From NCBI RefSeq assembly GCF_008124605.1, contig NZ_VRYN01000001.1, positions 212,772 through 236,771 on the forward strand: a stretch of 24,000 nucleotides of DNA. Direction: 5' to 3'. Shown here in pieces: positions 7,042 through 16,241 of this stretch; position 1 is the first letter of the stretch, and each line of letters begins with the position of its first letter. The DNA comes from Halobacterium salinarum DSM 3754. Its GTDB lineage: Archaea; Halobacteriota; Halobacteria; Halobacteriales; Halobacteriaceae. The position numbers and the translations under genes were made by a program. The notes beneath the pieces are model-generated. The model worked only from the letters and a program-made list of their open reading frames with translations. It searched no databases and was not told where the DNA came from.

Positions 7042-7755
7042 TTAGTCGCCGTCCGGCGTTGGTTCCGCGGTGGCCGGCGCGGCGGCGTCGGCGGCGACCA
7101 GGCGGCTGACGGCGTCGGCACCGAGCACGGCGAACGCCACGAACGCGACCTTCGAGATGAAATCCAGGTAGACCACGACGATGGTGTACATCTCGGTTTG
7201 GAGGATGCCGATGCCGGCCGGGGACAGCAGCCAGACCACGGGGTACAGCGTCCAGAGGACGACCGTGATGTTGCGAAGCGTGACGAACAGCGAGCGCACG
7301 CGGGGGTCGTCGCCGAGCGCGCGCGGCAGCGTCCCCAGGAGGCCGTACAGGAGCGCGGCGTAGCCGGCAGCGCCGACGGCGAAAAACAGCCAGCGCTGCA
7401 CGCCCGTGGTGAGCGCGGCGGCGATCCCGGCGGCGATGACGAACACGTCGGCGGCGAGCAGCCAGGCGGACGTGCGGTGGCCGGGGCGGGCGAGCATCGC
7501 GAGGTACAACACGATCAGTGGGGTTGTGACCAGCCAGTCGATGTACCGCGCGAGGTAGACGGTGCGGTCGCCGACGGTGGTTGCGGTGATGCCCAGCCCC
7601 ATCGTGGTGTACGCGATGGCGGCCAGTCCGGTGATGCCGGCGAGTACGAGGTCATAGCGGCGATGCGATGGGTGTCGGATGCAGTCCCGGATCGGGAGGA
7701 CGGTGCCAGCGAGCATGCCGACAGCGCCGACCCAAAACCATGTCGTGAGTGCCAT
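7042..7755 (-). CDS. sopII: Sensory rhodopsin II (phoborhodopsin)
   Basis: 237 aa with seven hydrophobic helices. The RYIDWLVTTPL motif carries the counterion Asp. The retinal Lys lies in YLDFISKVAF. The position equivalent to bacteriorhodopsin Asp96 is Tyr (LIVLYLAML), as expected for a sensor rather than a pump. The ATG is 1 nt after the htrII stop. Confidence 0.95.
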   Translation of the reverse strand: MALTTWFWVGAVGMLAGTVLPIRDCIRHPSHRRYDLVLAGITGLAAIAYTTMGLGITATTVGDRTVYLARYIDWLVTTPLIVLYLAMLARPGHRTSAWLLAADVFVIAAGIAAALTTGVQRWLFFAVGAAGYAALLYGLLGTLPRALGDDPRVRSLFVTLRNITVVLWTLYPVVWLLSPAGIGILQTEMYTIVVVYLDFISKVAFVAFAVLGADAVSRLVAADAAAPATAEPTPDGD

Positions 7756-7756
7756 A

Positions 7757-10051
7757 TCAGTAGTCCTCCGGTTCGGTGTCGTCGTGGGCGTCGAACTCGG
7801 CGAGCAGGTCGTCGAGGGCTGCGGCGCGGTCCGCGAGGTCGGCGGCGGCGTCGTCGACCGACGACAGGGTGTCGGTTTGGGTGGCGGCCGAGTCGGCGAC
7901 CGCAGTGGCCTGGGCGGCGGTTTCCTGGCTGATGCCGGCGACCTCGTCGACGGCGCTTGCGACGCGGGAGGCGGCGTGTGCTTGGCGGTCGGTGGCGGCT
8001 CGGATTTCGCCGGCGGCGGTGTCCGTGTCGGCGACGAACGAGACGACGTCGTCGAGTGCGGTTGCGGCGTCGCCGACCGTCGCTCGGCCGTCGGAGACGG
8101 TGTCGCTTGTGGCGCGCATCTCGTCGGCGACGTCGCTGACTTGGCCTTGGAGCGCGAGGAGCCGTGATTCGATGTCTTCGGCGGCGTCCCGGGATTCCTC
8201 GGCGAGCGTTTTGACCTCGTCGGCGACCACCGCGAACCCGTCGCCGTCAGCGCCGGTGCGGGCGGCCTCGATGGAGGCGTTCAACGCCAGCATGTTGGTC
8301 TGGTCGGCGATGTCGGCGATGACATCGACGATCTCCCCGATGTCGGCCATCTCGCTGTCGAGGGCGTCCATCGCGTCGGCGGCGGCTTCGGCGTCGTCGG
8401 CGACGTCGTCCATCGTCTCGACGGCGTCCTCCGTGGCCTGGCGGCCGTCGTCGACCGCGCTGGCGGCCTGCCCGGCGGTGTCGGCCAGTGAGGCGACCGT
8501 TTCGGCGACTTCTTCGGCGCTGGCCGAGAGGTCATCGACTTCACCCGCGACCTCGTGGAGGCGGTCGGTCTGCTCGGTTGCGCCGTCGGAGATCTCGTCG
8601 ACGGCGGTCGAGACGTCCGTTCCGGCGTCGATGGCGTCGCCGGCGTCGGCTTCGACCCGTTGGGCGGCGTCCGAGACGTGATCCGAGAACGCCGTTGCGG
8701 CGGCGACGCTGGTTTCGATGTCGTCGAGCATGTCGTTGAGGGCGTGGCCGATGCGCGCCATTGCGTCGTGGTCGCGGCTGGCGTCGACGCGGCGCGTGAG
8801 GTCGCCGTCGGCGACCGCCGTGAGCGCCTCCTCGTAGTCGGCGGCCGCGGATTCGAGGGCGCGAGCCGTTTCTTGGGCGTCCTTGCGGGCGGCTTCGGCG
8901 TCTTCGCGGGCGGCTTCGGCGTCGGCGCGCTGCTGTTCGGCGTCCTCACGGGCGTCCTCGGCGCGTGCCGTCGCGCGTTCGGCGTCAGTCAGGGATTCCG
9001 ACAGGGAGTCCCGCATGGATCGGAACGACTCCGCGAGGGTCCCGAACTCGTCGTTGCGGCTGGTGTCGATGTCGGTGTCGAGGTCGCCGGCGGCCATTTC
9101 GTCGGCGCGCCGGGAGAACTGCCGGAGCGCGGTGACCGTGGTCGAGCCGACAGTGACACCGATCAGTGAGAGGCTCACGATCGTGATGAGCACGAGACCG
9201 ACGAGGCTGGACGCCACGAAGTCACCGAGCGCGAACGCGCGGTCGTGTGGAGCGCGCACTAGCACCGACCAGGGCGCGCCGTCGACGGGGGCGGCGGCCG
9301 TCACGGTGCCGTTGGCGTCGATGTAGGCGGGCTGTGTGCGCGACTGGTTGAGGAGCCGCGATGGGCCGTCGTGGCCGGTGAGAACGCGGTCCTGGTCGGG
9401 GTGTGAGACGTACGTGCCGTCGGCAGAAACGACGGTGGTGGTGCTTCCCGCGACGTTCTGCCCGAAGTCGTCGGTGAGCGTGTTCACGTTCACCATGTAG
9501 ATGAGGGCCTTATCCGTGGTGCCAGGGATCGGCGAGAGCACCGAGAGCACGGGGAAGTCGGCCGCCGGAACGGTGAACGGTGCTGCGACGACAACGTCGC
9601 TGGTGGTCGCAAACGACGGCGGGTCGGTGGCGAACGGCGCGCCCTGCTCGCGGGGGTTCACGCCGGTGAACGCGTCGGCGGAGCTGGCCTCGATGGTTGT
9701 CGTCGAGGTGTTGTAGACGTGGGCGGCGACGACGCCATCGGGGCGTTCGTCGCTTGCCGCAAGCCCTTCGAGATAGCGTGTGATGGCCGTGTCGTTGCCG
9801 GATGCGAGCACGGGATGGCGTGATGCCAGTTGGGTCTGCCCGCGGGCGTTCGACAGCCACGCGTCGAGGTGATCGGCGCGGGCGTCTGCCGACCCGGTGA
9901 GGTCGGCCCGAACGTCGGTTTCGAGTTGCGTTGTCGTCTGCTGGTAGACGAACGTCCCCACCCCAACAGAGAGCACAACAACGACGACCAGCGCGAGGGT
10001 GAGCTTCGTGCCGTAGCTCCCCCTGATTCGTGCGACTAATCCGGACCCCAT
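7757..10051 (-). CDS. htrII: Transducer HtrII (MCP with a large extracytoplasmic domain; partner of SopII)
   Basis: ATG start, 764 aa. The domain order is TM1 ([20 protein letters not shown]), an external domain of about 240 aa, TM2, HAMP ([19 protein letters not shown]), an E/A/D-rich helix, [10 protein letters not shown] and the MCP tip ([42 protein letters not shown]). It lies directly upstream of sopII in the same orientation. Confidence 0.95.
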   Translation of the reverse strand: MGSGLVARIRGSYGTKLTLALVVVVVLSVGVGTFVYQQTTTQLETDVRADLTGSADARADHLDAWLSNARGQTQLASRHPVLASGNDTAITRYLEGLAASDERPDGVVAAHVYNTSTTTIEASSADAFTGVNPREQGAPFATDPPSFATTSDVVVAAPFTVPAADFPVLSVLSPIPGTTDKALIYMVNVNTLTDDFGQNVAGSTTTVVSADGTYVSHPDQDRVLTGHDGPSRLLNQSRTQPAYIDANGTVTAAAPVDGAPWSVLVRAPHDRAFALGDFVASSLVGLVLITIVSLSLIGVTVGSTTVTALRQFSRRADEMAAGDLDTDIDTSRNDEFGTLAESFRSMRDSLSESLTDAERATARAEDAREDAEQQRADAEAAREDAEAARKDAQETARALESAAADYEEALTAVADGDLTRRVDASRDHDAMARIGHALNDMLDDIETSVAAATAFSDHVSDAAQRVEADAGDAIDAGTDVSTAVDEISDGATEQTDRLHEVAGEVDDLSASAEEVAETVASLADTAGQAASAVDDGRQATEDAVETMDDVADDAEAAADAMDALDSEMADIGEIVDVIADIADQTNMLALNASIEAARTGADGDGFAVVADEVKTLAEESRDAAEDIESRLLALQGQVSDVADEMRATSDTVSDGRATVGDAATALDDVVSFVADTDTAAGEIRAATDRQAHAASRVASAVDEVAGISQETAAQATAVADSAATQTDTLSSVDDAAADLADRAAALDDLLAEFDAHDDTEPEDY

Positions 10052-10077
10052 GTACTGGGTATTAGGTGTATACTGGC

Positions 10078-10082
10078 AAAAA
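10078..10082 (-). promoter_or_regulatory. TATA-like T-run (CGCTTTTTGCCA on the minus strand) at -31..-27 of the htrII ATG
   Basis: The spacing fits a leaderless transcript starting at or near the ATG at 10051. This is the only AT-rich element in the 89-nt gap between htrII and the upstream NIF3 gene. Confidence 0.3.
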
Positions 10083-10140
10083 GCGTTTACACTTCGTGTG
10101 CCGTCTCAGCGGCCACAGCCGGCAATATTCGCCGCGATGG

Positions 10141-10902
10141 CTACAGGCCCGTGGGGTGACTGATGAACCGGGTCTCGACTCCCCAGTCGTCGGCGACCGC
10201 TTCGAGCGCACGCACCCCACCCGTTTCGGTCGCGTAGTGGCCCGCCAGGAACACTGACACGCCGGCTTCGCGGGCCTCGTGGTAGAGTTTTCCTTTCCCC
10301 TCGCCGGTGACGAGCGCGTCCACCCCGTTGGCCTCGGCCTCCCGCAGCCAGTCCGCGCCGCTGCCGGTGACGACTGCCACGTCCGTCAACTCCGCCGGCC
10401 CGACGTCAAGCACCTGTACCGGCTGGTCGCCCGTGGGCAGCGCAGCGGCGAGCGACTTGGAGAGCGCGGGCGCGCTCGTCGGGTCCGGGAGCTGGCCCTG
10501 GAGACCGATCTGCTCGCCGCTGTGGTCGCCGAACGGCGAGCGCTGTGTGAGGCCGAGCACGTCGGCCACGTGGGCTGCGTTCCCGAGTTCCGGGTGCCCG
10601 TCGAGGGGGAGGTGGGCGGCGTACAGCGCGCACTCGCCGTCGACGAGCGCGGCGATCCGGTCGTACTCGCGGCCCGTCACCGCGTCCAGGCCGCCCCAAG
10701 CGACGCCGTGGTGGACCACCAGAAGGTCCGCCCCCCACTCGACGGCGTCGCTGATCGTGGCAGCGGCGGCGTCGACGGCGAACGCGATGCGCTCAACACT
10801 GCGATCCCCGGGGCCGACCTGGAGGCCGTTGGTCGCGGCGTCGGCGTAGTCGGTGACACGCAGTCGGTCGTTGTATCGGCTGGTGACGTCGGAAACGTCC
10901 AT
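10141..10902 (-). CDS. NIF3-family dinuclear-metal-centre protein (GTP cyclohydrolase I type 2 homolog)
   Basis: ATG start, 253 aa. NIF3-type motifs are present: LLVVHHGVAWGG, LYAAHLPLD and FLAGHYATETGG. Confidence 0.8.
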   Translation of the reverse strand: MDVSDVTSRYNDRLRVTDYADAATNGLQVGPGDRSVERIAFAVDAAAATISDAVEWGADLLVVHHGVAWGGLDAVTGREYDRIAALVDGECALYAAHLPLDGHPELGNAAHVADVLGLTQRSPFGDHSGEQIGLQGQLPDPTSAPALSKSLAAALPTGDQPVQVLDVGPAELTDVAVVTGSGADWLREAEANGVDALVTGEGKGKLYHEAREAGVSVFLAGHYATETGGVRALEAVADDWGVETRFISHPTGL

Positions 10903-10926
10903 GCGAACCCAACCGGCCGCCGGGGT

Positions 10927-10932
10927 CTTTTA
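10927..10932 (-). promoter_or_regulatory. TATA-like TAAAAG at -30..-25 of the NIF3 ATG; it includes the TAA stop of the agmatinase gene
   Basis: The minus strand reads TAAAAGACC...ATG with the A of the ATG at 10902. The distance matches the other candidate boxes in this window. Confidence 0.3.
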
Positions 10933-11748
10933 CCCGTCGGCGTGGTGCGTGTGCACGAACTCGCGCAGCAGCTTCGCGCCGAGGGTGGGGGCCTGGCCGT
11001 CGTCCCGGTCGTTGACCTCCACGACATCGAACCCGACAGCGTGCGGGGCGACTGCGCGCACGGCCGCCCGGAGCTCCCGTGGCGACATCCCGAACGGCTC
11101 CGGCGTCCCGGTGCCCGGCGCGTACCCCGGATCGGCGGCGTCGATGTCCACGCTCAGGTACACGTCCGCGTCGCCGAACGCCGGCGTCCAGTCGGCGACG
11201 GCGCTCGGCTCGATCACGGTCACGTCAGAGTCGGCGGCGCGCTCCCACTCCTCCTCGGAGCCGGCGCGTGCGCCCACGACGATCGCTTCGTCGGCCACGT
11301 CGAGGGCGTGGCGCGTCACCGTCGAGTGGCTCAGCGGATCACCGTCGAGGGCAGCGCGCAGATCGAGGTGGGCGTCCAGGGCCACGAACACGTCCGGGTT
11401 CAGGGCGCGAACCGCCGCCACGGTCACCGTGTGTTCGCCGCCGACGAGCAGCGGCGTGGCGTCGTTCCACGAGATGTCGGTGACGACGCCGTTGAGGTAT
11501 TCGAGGTACGCCGGCACGTCGTTCCACGCGCGCACGTCGCCGTAGTCAGTGACCGAGAGGGCGGAGAAGTGCGTGCCCGTCCGGTGGTGGTAGTCCTCGA
11601 AGGTCGCGGCGTACGTCCGGAGTTCACCGGGGCCGAAACGGGTGCCCGGCTGGAACGACGTCGACACGTCGAGGGGCGCCCCAACGACGACGTAGTCGGC
11701 GTCGGCTCCGGGGTTCGACTCGTCGGCGGTGCTGGCGCCAGGGAACAT
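10930..11748 (-). CDS. speB: Agmatinase (ureohydrolase family)
   Basis: ATG start, 272 aa. Arginase-family Mn-binding motifs are present: VGGEHT, LDAHLDLR and SVDIDAADPGYAPGTGTPEP. The ATG is 3 nt after the aIF5A stop. Confidence 0.85.
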   Translation of the reverse strand: MFPGASTADESNPGADADYVVVGAPLDVSTSFQPGTRFGPGELRTYAATFEDYHHRTGTHFSALSVTDYGDVRAWNDVPAYLEYLNGVVTDISWNDATPLLVGGEHTVTVAAVRALNPDVFVALDAHLDLRAALDGDPLSHSTVTRHALDVADEAIVVGARAGSEEEWERAADSDVTVIEPSAVADWTPAFGDADVYLSVDIDAADPGYAPGTGTPEPFGMSPRELRAAVRAVAPHAVGFDVVEVNDRDDGQAPTLGAKLLREFVHTHHADG

Positions 11749-11751
11749 GCG

Positions 11752-12135
11752 CTACTCCTGGAGGATCTTGCGCTGCCCCTCGAATTCGAGGTATTCGATG
11801 TTCTCGTCGGCCTGAATGTCGAGCTCACCGGGGATCTGCATGGTCACCGTCTCGTAGGTTTCGAGGTCCATGACCTGCGCGACGGTGTCGGACTCCTTGG
11901 AGACGATCTGGCCCTGCTTTCGGTTGACGATCGGCACCCAGATCTTCGCGTCGACGGGCTGGCTGAGCGATCGCTTCTTGCCGTCGAAGACGCCCTCGGC
12001 TTCGATGCGGGCTTTCGCGCTGCCGTGCTTGCCGGGTTTCGCGGTGCTGTACGCGTTGATCTGGCAGGCGGCGTCCTCCATCATCACGTAGTTGCCTTCC
12101 TGCAGGTCACGCACTTCCTTCTGCTCTTTCGCCAT
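11752..12135 (-). CDS. Translation initiation factor 5A (aIF-5A)
   Basis: ATG start, 127 aa. It carries the hypusine-loop signature [25 protein letters not shown] and shows clear eIF5A/EF-P-like similarity throughout. Confidence 0.95.
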
Positions 12136-12159
12136 GCCCCGGGATTCTCGCCTACGTAG

Positions 12160-12165
12160 TATAAA
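12160..12165 (-). promoter_or_regulatory. Consensus TATA box TTTATA at -30..-25 of the aIF5A ATG (leaderless-type promoter)
   Basis: The minus strand reads GGTTTATACTACGTAGGCGAGAATCCCGGGGCATG. The hexamer position relative to the ATG at 12135 fits transcription starting at the start codon. Confidence 0.5.
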
Positions 12166-12236
12166 CCTCTTGGAACGGACTGGCGACGGAGCGGGCGGCT
12201 ACCAGGCGGTACACGCGATTCGGTGGCCGGCCGTGG

Positions 12237-13013
12237 TCACGTCGAAACGTGGGGCTCGGGCAGCAGGTCCGCGAACGCCTGTGCGTCCAGCCACTCGCAG
12301 AGCTGGACGAGCTGGTCGCTTGCGGCCTCGAACAGGCGTTCGCCGGTCTCGGCGGTGGCGTCCGTCTGGTCGCCGAGCACGCCGTTGTCGGTGTTGTCGA
12401 TGGCGTCGTAGAACGTCCGGGAGCCGTGCTTGATCGTGTCGGCGTCGGCGACGCTGGCGACGCCGCCGTCCCGGGCGTCTTCGAGGCGGTCGTCGTGGAC
12501 GTGCTCGCCGTCGAGGTACTGCATCAGCGCCGTCTCCTTGGGGCCGCCGTGGGGGCCGTTCTGGTCGAAGACCTCGTCGACGAGCTCGGGGATGGATTCG
12601 TCCCACATCCACTCGACCGCGTAGAGGGTGCCCTCGTCGCGCAGCCGGCGGCCGACCTCGCGGAGGTGCGAGACGTTCCCGCCGTGGGCGTTCACGAACA
12701 CGACGCGGTCGATGCCGTGGAACGCCAGGTTGCGCGTGAACGACGCCACGTAGTCCCGGAACACCGGTGGCTCGACCCACATCGTCCCCGGGAACTGTCG
12801 GTGATGGGGACTGACGCCGACGTTCACGGGTGGCGTGCAGAGAACGCCAGTGCGGTCGGCGACCGTGCGGGCGAACGCCTCCGCGATCCGGTGGTCGGTG
12901 GACTCCGGCAGGTGGGGGCCGTGCTGTTCGGTCGAACCCAGGGGCACGAGCGCCAGCGATTCCGCGTCGAAGTAGTCACCGAGCTCGGGCCACGCCTCAT
13001 CAGCAAGGTACAC
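12237..13013 (-). CDS. Creatininase-family amidohydrolase (creatinine amidohydrolase / ArfB-type formamide hydrolase family)
   Basis: The family signature LVPLGSTEQHGPHLP...FVNAHGGN...GPHGGPKET is present. The 453-aa track ORF overlaps the UbiB gene, and its N-terminal 195 aa are R/G/P-rich junk. I therefore chose the in-frame GTG at 13013 (MYLADEAWPELGDYF...), which has a GATACTTG element about -33..-26 upstream. TTG at 13040 is an alternative start. Confidence 0.75.
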   Translation of the reverse strand: MYLADEAWPELGDYFDAESLALVPLGSTEQHGPHLPESTDHRIAEAFARTVADRTGVLCTPPVNVGVSPHHRQFPGTMWVEPPVFRDYVASFTRNLAFHGIDRVVFVNAHGGNVSHLREVGRRLRDEGTLYAVEWMWDESIPELVDEVFDQNGPHGGPKETALMQYLDGEHVHDDRLEDARDGGVASVADADTIKHGSRTFYDAIDNTDNGVLGDQTDATAETGERLFEAASDQLVQLCEWLDAQAFADLLPEPHVST

Positions 13014-13060
13014 ACGTTGTTCGGGGCTCGCTGGAAGCAAGTATCCAGCGCTCCCGGCGA

Positions 13061-14803
13061 TCAGTCGCCGTTCGTCGCTGTGCCGGCGTCGTCGGCCTCG
13101 ATCTGACTGCCGCTGCGCGCCAGCGCCGTCCCGCCGTCGTCTCCGTCGCCGTCGCGCTCCCGGAGGTTCTGGCGGGTGAACTGCGGGCTGGCCTGCAGGC
13201 CGTTGCGTCGCCGGAACGTCTTGTAGAGTGCGGCCCCGACGGCGGCGGTGAACGCCCCCGAGATGGCGGCGGCGGTCACGTCCGCCGTCACGTAGAGAAA
13301 CGCCGTCGTGGGGACGCTGGTCGCCAACACGAGTCCGAGCACGACCCGCCGCGCCAGCGCGTCGATGACGCGGTTGCTGTCCTCGAGGTCGGCGCGCACG
13401 TAGAGGTCTTCGCGTTCGACCTTGTCGAGTGCGCGCTCCAGCTTCGGGGGCACTCGCAGCACCGACGTGGCCGCCGCCTGGAACTCCTCGGCGGTGCCCG
13501 CGGCGAACTGCCTGATGGACTCCTCCCGGTAGCCCTGTTCGGCGAGGTAGTCGGTGGCGACGGTGATGAAGTCGAACTCCGGGTCGAGCGTGACGCACAC
13601 GCCCTCGACGACGGTCGCAACACGGAGCACGAGCGCGAGGTTCGGCGGCAGCCGCAGTGGGAACTCGTAGATGGTGTCCTCGACTTTCCCGACGATCTGC
13701 TGGACGCGGTAGGTCTCGATGTTCTCCCCGCGGGCGTCCTGGATGGCCAGCTCCATGACATCAGCCATCACCGCACGGTCGGCCTCCGGGGACAGCGTGC
13801 CCATGTCGATGAGCGCGTCCAGGATGGCGTCGATGTCCTGGTTCGCAACGCCCACGTAGAACTCCACGATCTTGTCCTGGATGAACGAGTCGACGCGCCC
13901 GCTCATCCCGAAGTCGTAGAACACGATGCTGCCGTCGTCCTGGACCGCGAGGTTCCCGGGGTGGGGGTCGGCGTGGAACACGCCGTCCTCGATGATCATC
14001 TGGAGGTACGCGCGTTCGAGCGTTTCCGAGACCTGCGAGCGGTCGACGCCGCGGCGCTCAAGCGTGTCTACGTCCGAGATCTTCGTCCCCTCGATGTACT
14101 GCATCGTCAACACGCGGTCGCTCGAGTACTCCTCGTAGACGGTCGGGATCACGATGTCGGGCTCGTCCGCGAAGTTCGCGCGGATCTCCGTGAGCATGCG
14201 GCCCTCGCGGCTGTAATCCATCTCCTCGCGGATGGTTTTCGCGAACTCGTCGGCCAGGTTCTCCAGGCTGAACGCCTGGCCTTGGCCGACGAACCGCACG
14301 ACGATCGGGATCGACCACCGGATGGCGCGCAAGTCGGCTTCGACGAGCGATTCGATCCCGGGGCGGCGGACCTTCACCGCGACCTGCTGGTCGTCCACGT
14401 CGGCAGTGTACACCTGCCCGAGGCTCGCGCCGCTGATCGACTCCCGGTTGAACGCGTCGAAGACGTCGTCGACGGGGCCGAGTTCGTCCTCGATGACGCG
14501 TTGGGCCTCCGCCCAGTCGGCGGGTGGCACGCGGTCCTGCAGCTCCGCGAGTTCCTCGATGTACTCGGTGGGCAACACGTCCGGGCGCGTCGACAACAGC
14601 TGCCCGAGCTTGATGAACGTCGGGCCGAGCGTCAACAGCGCGTCGAGCAGGATCCGGGCGCGCTCGCGGCGCATCTCGGCGGTGACGCGGCGGCTCCCGC
14701 CGAAGGCGACGAACCGCCGTCGGTCGCGCAGCCACCCCCACAGCAGGGGGAAGAACTGCCAGACCACGACAACGAACCGTCGGTAGGACCTGAGTACCGC
14801 CAC
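13061..14803 (-). CDS. ABC1/UbiB-family atypical protein kinase with C-terminal TM segments
   Basis: GTG start, 580 aa. ABC1 motifs are present: LGPTFIKLGQLLSTRPDVLP, ASLGQVY, VAVKVRRPG, HADPHPGN and FYDFGM. The C-terminus is hydrophobic. The start is 3 nt after the Hsp20 stop. Confidence 0.85.
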   Translation of the reverse strand: MAVLRSYRRFVVVVWQFFPLLWGWLRDRRRFVAFGGSRRVTAEMRRERARILLDALLTLGPTFIKLGQLLSTRPDVLPTEYIEELAELQDRVPPADWAEAQRVIEDELGPVDDVFDAFNRESISGASLGQVYTADVDDQQVAVKVRRPGIESLVEADLRAIRWSIPIVVRFVGQGQAFSLENLADEFAKTIREEMDYSREGRMLTEIRANFADEPDIVIPTVYEEYSSDRVLTMQYIEGTKISDVDTLERRGVDRSQVSETLERAYLQMIIEDGVFHADPHPGNLAVQDDGSIVFYDFGMSGRVDSFIQDKIVEFYVGVANQDIDAILDALIDMGTLSPEADRAVMADVMELAIQDARGENIETYRVQQIVGKVEDTIYEFPLRLPPNLALVLRVATVVEGVCVTLDPEFDFITVATDYLAEQGYREESIRQFAAGTAEEFQAAATSVLRVPPKLERALDKVEREDLYVRADLEDSNRVIDALARRVVLGLVLATSVPTTAFLYVTADVTAAAISGAFTAAVGAALYKTFRRRNGLQASPQFTRQNLRERDGDGDDGGTALARSGSQIEADDAGTATNGD

Positions 14804-14806
14804 CGG

Positions 14807-15157
14807 TCACCCCTCGACTGGAACGTGGTGGTCCGACGACGAGCGCTTGGGCAGCGACACGGTGAGCACGCCGTTCGAGACGGTTGCCGTTGCGCCGTCG
14901 GCGGTCGTGTCCGACGGCAGGGGGAGCTCCGCGTCGACGAACAGCGACCGGTCCTCGCGGCGGTACTCGAACGCCGACGGCACCGATTTGCGGCGGTGGG
15001 CCTCGATAGAGACGGTGCGCCCGGCCACACTCACATCGACGGTCGACGGTGTCACACCGGCAACGTCGACGACGTAACGGTACGCGTCGGCGCCCTCGTG
15101 CACGTCGACGAACACGGCGTCAGGCAAGTTCCCCAGCGCGTCGCGCAAGCGGGACAT
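14807..15157 (-). CDS. Small heat-shock protein, Hsp20/alpha-crystallin family
   Basis: ATG start, 116 aa. The alpha-crystallin domain ends in the typical NGVLTVSLPK. Confidence 0.8.
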   Translation of the reverse strand: MSRLRDALGNLPDAVFVDVHEGADAYRYVVDVAGVTPSTVDVSVAGRTVSIEAHRRKSVPSAFEYRREDRSLFVDAELPLPSDTTADGATATVSNGVLTVSLPKRSSSDHHVPVEG

Positions 15158-15181
15158 GCCAGACGGTTAGAACGGCGAAGC

Positions 15182-15187
15182 GTTAAA
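15182..15187 (-). promoter_or_regulatory. TATA-like TTTAAC at -30..-25 of the Hsp20 ATG
   Basis: The minus strand reads GGGTTTAACGCTTCGCCGTTCTAACCGTCTGGCATG. The spacing is the same as for the aIF5A box. Confidence 0.4.
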
Positions 15188-15230
15188 CCCGGTGGTATCG
15201 GCGGGTGCGCGCGCCACCCAGGCGGGGCGC

Positions 15231-15887
15231 TCAGGCGTCCCCATCGCCGGACGGGAACACGTCCGCGAACGACGACACGCGGTGATCGCCGAGCACGCAG
15301 TGACCGCGCTTCCCGGGGGAGTGACGTTCGACGTGAACCGCGTCCAGGCTGGCGTTTTTCGCCGCGCCAACGTCGCTGACGGCGTCACCGGCGTACACGC
15401 CGGCCGCGTCGGGCTGCGCGTCGAGGCCGCCAAGCGCTACCCGGAGCGGCTGTGGGTCCGGCTTCCAGCCGGTGTCGTCGGTGCAACTCACCACCACGTC
15501 GAACCAGTCCGCGATGTCGAGGTGATCGAGAACGGGGTCGGTGAGAAACGACTGGCAGTGGGTCACCACGCCGGTCGGCGCATCGAGGCCGCCAAGCGGG
15601 CGTGCGTCCTCGTAGAGATACGTGGCTTCGGCGCGCGCCATCGGATCCTCGACGGCGTGGAACGCCGGCCAGAACGCCTCGGGGTCGATCCCCCACGCCC
15701 GGAGGTAGTGGTCGCGGGTGCCGCCGATCCCGTGCCAGAGGCGTTCGGCGTGCTGGTCGGTGAACTCGACGCCCAGTCGGTCGCCGACCTGATCGAACAC
15801 GGACCGGGTGTACGACCACTCCGTGTCGACGAGCGTCCCATCGAGATCGAACAGCCACACGTCGTAATCGTCGACTGGCGGTGCCAT
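15231..15887 (-). CDS. HAD-superfamily hydrolase (phosphoglycolate phosphatase / PpaX-like subfamily)
   Basis: ATG start, 218 aa. HAD motif I is FDLDGTLVDT, and the motif IV region is YAGDAVSDVGAAKNA. Confidence 0.75.
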   Translation of the reverse strand: MAPPVDDYDVWLFDLDGTLVDTEWSYTRSVFDQVGDRLGVEFTDQHAERLWHGIGGTRDHYLRAWGIDPEAFWPAFHAVEDPMARAEATYLYEDARPLGGLDAPTGVVTHCQSFLTDPVLDHLDIADWFDVVVSCTDDTGWKPDPQPLRVALGGLDAQPDAAGVYAGDAVSDVGAAKNASLDAVHVERHSPGKRGHCVLGDHRVSSFADVFPSGDGDA

Positions 15888-15940
15888 CGGAGCCGGGGGT
15901 ATGGACCCACGCCCGAAGAGCGTTCCGGGGCCGGCTGTGG

Positions 15941-16216
15941 CTACCGGCGGTCGTCGGTTCGGCGCGCCAACTCGATGTCCTGGCTCGTGACCCCGCCGGC
16001 CTCGTGGTCGGTGAACCGCACTTCGACCTCGTCGTACCGGATCGTGATCTCGGGGTGGTGGAACGCCTCGTCGGCGAGGTCGCCGACCTCTGATGCGAAC
16101 GCCACGCCGTCCAGGTACTCCTCGAACGTGTACGTGCGGGTGATCGCGTCGCCATCGTGGATCCAGTCGTCCGGCAGCCGGTCGCTGATCGTGTCGTCGT
16201 CGAGTCGGTCGGACAT
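15941..16216 (-). CDS. Pterin-4-alpha-carbinolamine dehydratase (PCD/DCoH family)
   Basis: ATG start, 91 aa. The family signature FHHPEITIRYDEVEVRFTDH is present. Confidence 0.8.
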   Translation of the reverse strand: MSDRLDDDTISDRLPDDWIHDGDAITRTYTFEEYLDGVAFASEVGDLADEAFHHPEITIRYDEVEVRFTDHEAGGVTSQDIELARRTDDRR

Positions 16217-16241
16217 ACGGATCGACGAACGCCAGCCAGCC

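Noticed and set aside
7042-7755. The possibility that the rhodopsin is an ion pump (bacteriorhodopsin or halorhodopsin) rather than a sensor.
   Set aside because: The proton-donor position equivalent to bacteriorhodopsin Asp96 is Tyr. The gene is fused in an operon to a transducer with a 1-nt gap. The size and C-terminal tail match sensory rhodopsin II.
7018-7932. A 304-aa plus-strand ORF overlapping sopII.
   Set aside because: It is antisense to a seven-helix rhodopsin with all its signature residues. The product is R/G/D/E-rich with no hydrophobic core.
10279-12159. A 626-aa plus-strand ORF spanning NIF3, agmatinase and aIF5A. Similar giant shadow ORFs are 12830-15379 (849 aa), 15192-16247, 15385-16437, 16157-17533, 17546-20740 (1064 aa), 19815-20891 and 21602-22948.
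   Set aside because: Each runs antisense or out of frame across several independently homology-supported genes. The compositions are dominated by R, G, V, D, P and H. None shows a recognisable domain.
13014-13598. An N-terminal extension of the creatininase-like ORF (the track ORF starts at 13598).
   Set aside because: The extension is R/G/P-rich and overlaps the 3' end of the UbiB gene in another frame. Creatininase-family similarity only begins near EAWPELGDYF.
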